A DNA stretch of 10,170 bases from Candidatus Velthaea sp. (GTDB lineage Bacteria > Vulcanimicrobiota > Vulcanimicrobiia > Vulcanimicrobiales > Vulcanimicrobiaceae), in contig JBEKHC010000132.1 in the NCBI GenBank assembly GCA_050012475.1, positions 1 through 10,170 of the forward strand, read 5' to 3'. The notes under the pieces were generated by a model that saw only the letters and a list, made by a program, of their open reading frames with translations, was not told where the DNA came from and searched no databases. The position numbers were made by a program, and so were the translations under genes. The stretch's first letter is position 1. Every line of letters starts with the position of its first letter. Below are positions 7,438 to 10,170 of this stretch, one piece after another.

Positions 7438-7577
7438 ATCCGCGCCGTCGCGCGACGGAAGTAGTTAGAATTTACGAGATCGCGTTTTTGGCCTGTAACG
7501 TAAAATAAGTTCGAGCGGTCACCCGGAGTGCGCCTTGGTGCTGGTGAACCGTACTTGGAACCAACGAGGAAACGCTC

Positions 7578-8903
7578 ATGCGGACAGAACCTATCACACC
7601 GTCGTCCCCGCTTATCGGCCGGGGCGGCGGCGCGCGTCCCACTCGGGTGCGGTTTACTATCCTCGCGGTGCTTGCGGTCGGGACGATGATCAACTATCTC
7701 GACCGAACGGTGCTCGGGATTGCCGCGCCGACCATGTCCAAAGATCTCGCCATTGGTGCAGCGGTCATGGGTTTCGTGTTTTCCGCGTTCTCCTGGACGT
7801 ACACGGCGGCACAGATTCCCGGCGGCATTCTGCTCGACCGCATCGGCAATAAGCTCACCTACTTCCTCGCGCTGACCTTCTGGTCACTGTTCACCTTGCT
7901 GCAAGCCTTTGCGACCGGGCTTGGGATGTTGCTGACGTTTCGGTTCGGCCTCGGCGTCAGCGAAGCGCCCTGTTTCCCAACGAACAGCCGGGTCGTCGCC
8001 GTCTGGTTTCCGCAAAACGAGCGCGCCCGCGCCACGAGCGTGTACACCGTCGGCGAATATCTCGGCCTGGCGTGCTTTAGCCCGGCGCTGTTTTGGATCA
8101 TGGCGACGTTCAGTTGGCACGCGCTGTTCATCACCGTCGGCGTCGTCGGCATCTTGTTTGCGCTCGTGTGGTGGAAAGTGTACAAAGAGCCGCACGAAAG
8201 TAAGACCGTCAATCAGGCGGAACTCGATTACATCGCCGCCGGCGGCGGCCTCAATGCGCCGGAGAAGGGGAGCGCGGACGCGTTCAACTGGGCCCAAGTG
8301 CGCAAGCTCCTGAGCTTCCGGCAGGTCTGGGGGGCCGCACTCGGCCAGTTCGCCGGCAACACGACGCTGGTGTTTTTCCTGACGTGGTTTCCGACGTACC
8401 TCGTTACCGAGCGCCATATGACGTTCATCAAAGTCGGGTTTTTCGCCATCCTGCCGTTCCTGGCCGCGGCCATCGGCGTGATGTTCGGCGGCTGGTTGTC
8501 CGACGTGCTGCTCAAGCGCACGGGATCCGCGAATATCGCGCGCAAGCTCCCGATCATCGTCGGTTTGCTCGGCGCTTGCACGATCATCGGCGCGAACTAC
8601 GTGAACGACAACGTGCTCGTGATCGCGGTCATGTCGGTCGCGTTCTTCGGCCAAGGCATGGTCGGGTTGGGCTGGACGCTCATCTCGGACATCGCGCCCA
8701 ACAAGCTGGCGGGGTTGACCGGCGGCGTCTTCAACTTCTTCACCAATACGTCGGGGATCATCACGCCGATCGTGATCGGGCTGATCATCGGCCAAACCGG
8801 TTCGTTCTTCTACGCGATCGCGTACGTCGCCGTGATGGCGTTCATCGGTGTCCTGTCCTACGTGTTCCTGTTGGGCGACGTTCACCGGCTCCAAGTCGAG
8901 TGA
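7578..8903 (+). CDS. MFS transporter, anion:cation symporter (ACS; DgoT/GudP-like) family, 441 aa
   Basis: INYLDR, FSWTYTAAQIPGGILLDRIG, RFGLGVSEAPCFP, WFPQNERARAT, FFLTWFPTYL and GGWLSD, with about 12 hydrophobic segments. SD GAGGA at 7566-7570. Confidence 0.93.
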   Translation: MRTEPITPSSPLIGRGGGARPTRVRFTILAVLAVGTMINYLDRTVLGIAAPTMSKDLAIGAAVMGFVFSAFSWTYTAAQIPGGILLDRIGNKLTYFLALTFWSLFTLLQAFATGLGMLLTFRFGLGVSEAPCFPTNSRVVAVWFPQNERARATSVYTVGEYLGLACFSPALFWIMATFSWHALFITVGVVGILFALVWWKVYKEPHESKTVNQAELDYIAAGGGLNAPEKGSADAFNWAQVRKLLSFRQVWGAALGQFAGNTTLVFFLTWFPTYLVTERHMTFIKVGFFAILPFLAAAIGVMFGGWLSDVLLKRTGSANIARKLPIIVGLLGACTIIGANYVNDNVLVIAVMSVAFFGQGMVGLGWTLISDIAPNKLAGLTGGVFNFFTNTSGIITPIVIGLIIGQTGSFFYAIAYVAVMAFIGVLSYVFLLGDVHRLQVE

Positions 8904-8939
8904 GCGCTGAGGCTCTATCGCTTGTGATTGGAGGCAAAT

Positions 8940-9773
8940 ATGATCACCGGTAAGACGCTTTTGATCCCGCATCTGGGGTATCCGACCGAGTCGTTCAAGG
9001 CGCCGATGATCTACAATCCGTATTTCGAGGAGCACGCCATCGACGCCGTCGTGGTTCCGATGGGCGTCCGGGCCGACGATTATCCGCAGGTGTTCAAGGC
9101 ACTCTTCACGCTGACGAACATCCGCGGCGCGTTGGTGACGATGCCGCACAAGGTCACGACCGTCGGACTGCTCGACGAGCGTTCAAAGGAAGTGCAGATC
9201 GCCGGATCGTGCAACGCGGTTTTGAAGCGGCCCGACGGAACGTTGCTGGGCGATATGTTCGACGGCGCGGGCTTCGTGCGCGGCCTCAAAGGCAAGAAGT
9301 TCGATTTCGAGCGCGCGACCTGTCTCGTCGTCGGAACGGGCGGCGTCGGTTCGGCGATCGCCGCATCTCTGGCGGCTACCGGAGTTGCCTCGATATCGCT
9401 CTTCGACGTCGATACCGCTTCTGCCAAAGCCCTGGGGGGGCGCTTGACGGAACACTATCCGAACCTCGGCGTCCGCATCGTGGCCGCCGACGCAGCCGGC
9501 TACGACCTGGTCGTCAACTGCACGCCGCTGGGCATGAAGCCCGGGGACCCGCTGCCGATGGACATCACGCGCCTGTCATCGGATACGTTTGTGGCTGATG
9601 TCGTCATGAAACAGGAGATCACGCCGTTGCTGCGGGCCGCACAAGAACGCGGCTGCCGAACCCAGATCGGCACCGATATGCTCTACGAGATGATCCCCGC
9701 GTACCTGGAGTTCTTCGGTTTCGCCACGACGACTCCCGACGAACTGCGTGCCTTGTCGAAGGTCGCCTACTGA
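8940..9773 (+). CDS. Shikimate/quinate dehydrogenase family protein, non-canonical (RifI2-like), probably NAD-preferring, 277 aa
   Basis: MITGKT..HLGYP, VTMPHK (catalytic Lys), GSCN, GDMFDGAGF (catalytic Asp), GTGGVGSAIA, VNCTPLGM, DVV and TPLL. ATG at 8940 follows SD GGAGG (8930-8934). Confidence 0.92.
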   Translation: MITGKTLLIPHLGYPTESFKAPMIYNPYFEEHAIDAVVVPMGVRADDYPQVFKALFTLTNIRGALVTMPHKVTTVGLLDERSKEVQIAGSCNAVLKRPDGTLLGDMFDGAGFVRGLKGKKFDFERATCLVVGTGGVGSAIAASLAATGVASISLFDVDTASAKALGGRLTEHYPNLGVRIVAADAAGYDLVVNCTPLGMKPGDPLPMDITRLSSDTFVADVVMKQEITPLLRAAQERGCRTQIGTDMLYEMIPAYLEFFGFATTTPDELRALSKVAY

Positions 9774-9980
9774 TTCGTACGTTGGCCGTAGAACGACGGA
9801 CGCGGCTGACCGGCCGCACCGCTCGTAGCGATTAATTTTCGCTGCTCCGCAGTGCGCATGCGCTCGGATCGAGCACAACGGGTGCGAAGCACCCGCGAAC
9901 GCGCGCACCGGCGTGCACGTAACCCTCCGTCGCACGCCAAACTCGGTCAACGAAACTACGATCAGGCAGAAGACACAGCC

Positions 9981-10170
9981 ATGCAGATCGGGTACGCCCT
10001 TCCCCTGGTGAAGGGCACCAAGGAGGCCCTGGAGCAAGCGGAACTGCTGGGTGCTCTCGGCTACGATTACGTGGAGTTGCCGCTCGCCGGTTTCGGCTAC
10101 GCCAAGGCGGTGAACCGCCCTGCGATCAAGGTGGTCGTGGAATTCTATCACCTGGGCGAGGAAGGCGAAC
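9981..10170 (+). pseudogene. Second TIM-barrel sugar phosphate isomerase/epimerase family gene, apparently internally deleted; runs off window edge
   Basis: Manual translation: MQIGYALPLVKGTKEALEQAELLGALGYDYVELPLAGFGYAKAVNRPAIKVVVEFYHLGEEGE. The N-terminal GYDYVEL motif is joined almost directly to the mid-protein motif AKAVNRP.IKVVV[D/E]FYH. Confidence 0.6.

Noticed and set aside
2312..8903. Interpretation as a sulfoacetate/taurine pathway (SauS + Xsc + SauU)
   Set aside because: No sulfoacetate-CoA ligase, phosphotransacetylase or sulfite exporter in the window. The ThDP enzyme has GHTN rather than the Xsc-type GSA loop as I recall it. The lyase, TIM barrel and shikimate DH homolog would be unexplained.
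8940..9773. Gene symbol aroE and aromatic amino acid biosynthesis role
   Set aside because: Shikimate-binding and NADP motifs are altered and no other aro genes are present.
9576..10151. 191-aa minus-strand ORF at the right end
   Set aside because: It overlaps two plus-strand genes with clear family motifs and has none of its own.
1..10170. CRISPR array, tRNA/rRNA, transposase, integrase or defence genes
   Set aside because: No regularly spaced direct repeats, RNA-gene signatures or recombinase/nuclease motifs seen by eye.

Overview
High-GC bacterial DNA containing a divergently arranged catabolic locus. On the minus strand is an aromatic-acid:H+ symporter-type MFS gene (start 1262, running off the left edge; not in the supplied ORF track). 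After a ~1.05 kb intergenic region with no recognisable regulator, a plus-strand operon encodes a CoA-acylating aldehyde dehydrogenase (SauS-like), a citryl-CoA-lyase-like citrate synthase family protein, a ThDP enzyme with an IolD/cyclohexane-1,2-dione-hydrolase-like GHTN motif, a TIM-barrel (AP endonuclease 2 family) protein with dehydroshikimate-dehydratase-like motifs, an ACS-family MFS transporter and a non-canonical (RifI2-like) shikimate/quinate dehydrogenase. A second TIM-barrel gene that appears internally deleted runs off the right edge. Main hypothesis (inference, not shown): the operon encodes an oxygenase-free, non-aromatic pathway for a quinate-like cyclitol carboxylate (oxidation, dehydration to a cyclic 1,2-dione, ThDP ring hydrolysis, CoA-acylation, then homocitryl-CoA-type cleavage to acetyl-CoA + 2-oxoglutarate). 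I saw no rRNA, tRNA, CRISPR array or transposase. Family assignments come from recalled motifs, not database searches.
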